Shown here piece by piece: positions 58,551 to 59,012 of a DNA stretch of 59,012 bases. The notes under the pieces were generated by a model that was not told the origin of the DNA, did no database searches, and saw nothing but the letters and a program-made list of their open reading frames with translations. Every line of letters starts with the position of its first letter. The first letter of the stretch is position 1. The position numbers were made by a program, and so were the translations under genes. The stretch lies in NCBI RefSeq assembly GCF_004010195.1, contig NC_057757.1, positions 636,964 to 695,975 on the forward strand, written 5' to 3'. Source of the stretch: Chiloscyllium plagiosum. Taxonomy: Eukaryota.

Positions 58551-59012
58551 GAATGTGTACAGGGTATATGCAGGCAGGGAAGGAGTTAAGTTTTGAGTTT
58601 TGTGAAACAAGAGGTTCAGCTGGGCATGACTCAGATCAGATAAGAACTTAGTTAACAATGGGGTGCTGCAGGCAAGGGTAATGGGATAAGAAATGGAAGA
58701 ACATTCATTATGTAGAGCCATTTAACAATATTGGAAGCATTCAGCATGCAAGGGGGAAAGTAACCATTGTATGAATCCAATTAACAAGGTTAACAACATT
58801 CATTGTATAAAAGTAAGGGCTTGGTCTCAGCTATCAATACTCATTGATTGTAATGGCCACCCCATTCACATGCATGTTGCCTTATCTGGATGCTCCTCCC
58901 TTTAAAATGACTATATAGTTCATTGAGAAACTGTTGTTAGAGAGAAAATGGGGAACCCATGTCCCTGTGCACATGGGCAATCGTTCTCTCTCCTTTCCAG
59001 GCGGAGAGGGGA

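Noticed and set aside
53539..59012. Search for FXR2 exons 1-2
   Set aside because: No sequence encoding the expected VEVRGSNGAFYK or FVKDVHED..FEN motifs was found by eye. These exons probably lie beyond the window.

Overview
Eukaryotic (vertebrate) genomic DNA, most likely from a shark or other elasmobranch. This is inferred from the dense CR1/HER1-type LINEs and HE1/V-SINE-type SINEs. The window has two assembly gaps (10033-10532 and 14940-15759). The main gene is a fragile-X-family RNA-binding protein gene on the minus strand, best matching FXR2. Fifteen coding exons (equivalent to exons 3-17) can be built with GT-AG boundaries and consistent phases from 53538 to the stop at 24204. A repeat-free 3'UTR of about 1.85 kb follows, ending near an AATAAA at 22373-22378. 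Exons 1-2 were not found and probably lie to the right of the window. Left of the gene are two orphan signal-peptide first exons missed by the ORF track: + strand 7313-7364, behind an ISRE/EICE/AP-1-rich promoter, and - strand 15859-15928. The remainder is repeats: CR1 fragments (some nested), V-SINEs, an ERV-like solo LTR, a decayed Penelope-like element, a TA-flanked MITE, a SINE-born 30-bp minisatellite and a 4-kb 10/11-bp satellite. There are also short hairpin retro-insertions, several carrying minimal hammerhead-ribozyme motifs. Other points of interest are a candidate 35-nt poison exon in FXR2 intron 11, an ambiguous exon-12 donor, and an FXR1-like C-terminus in this FXR2.
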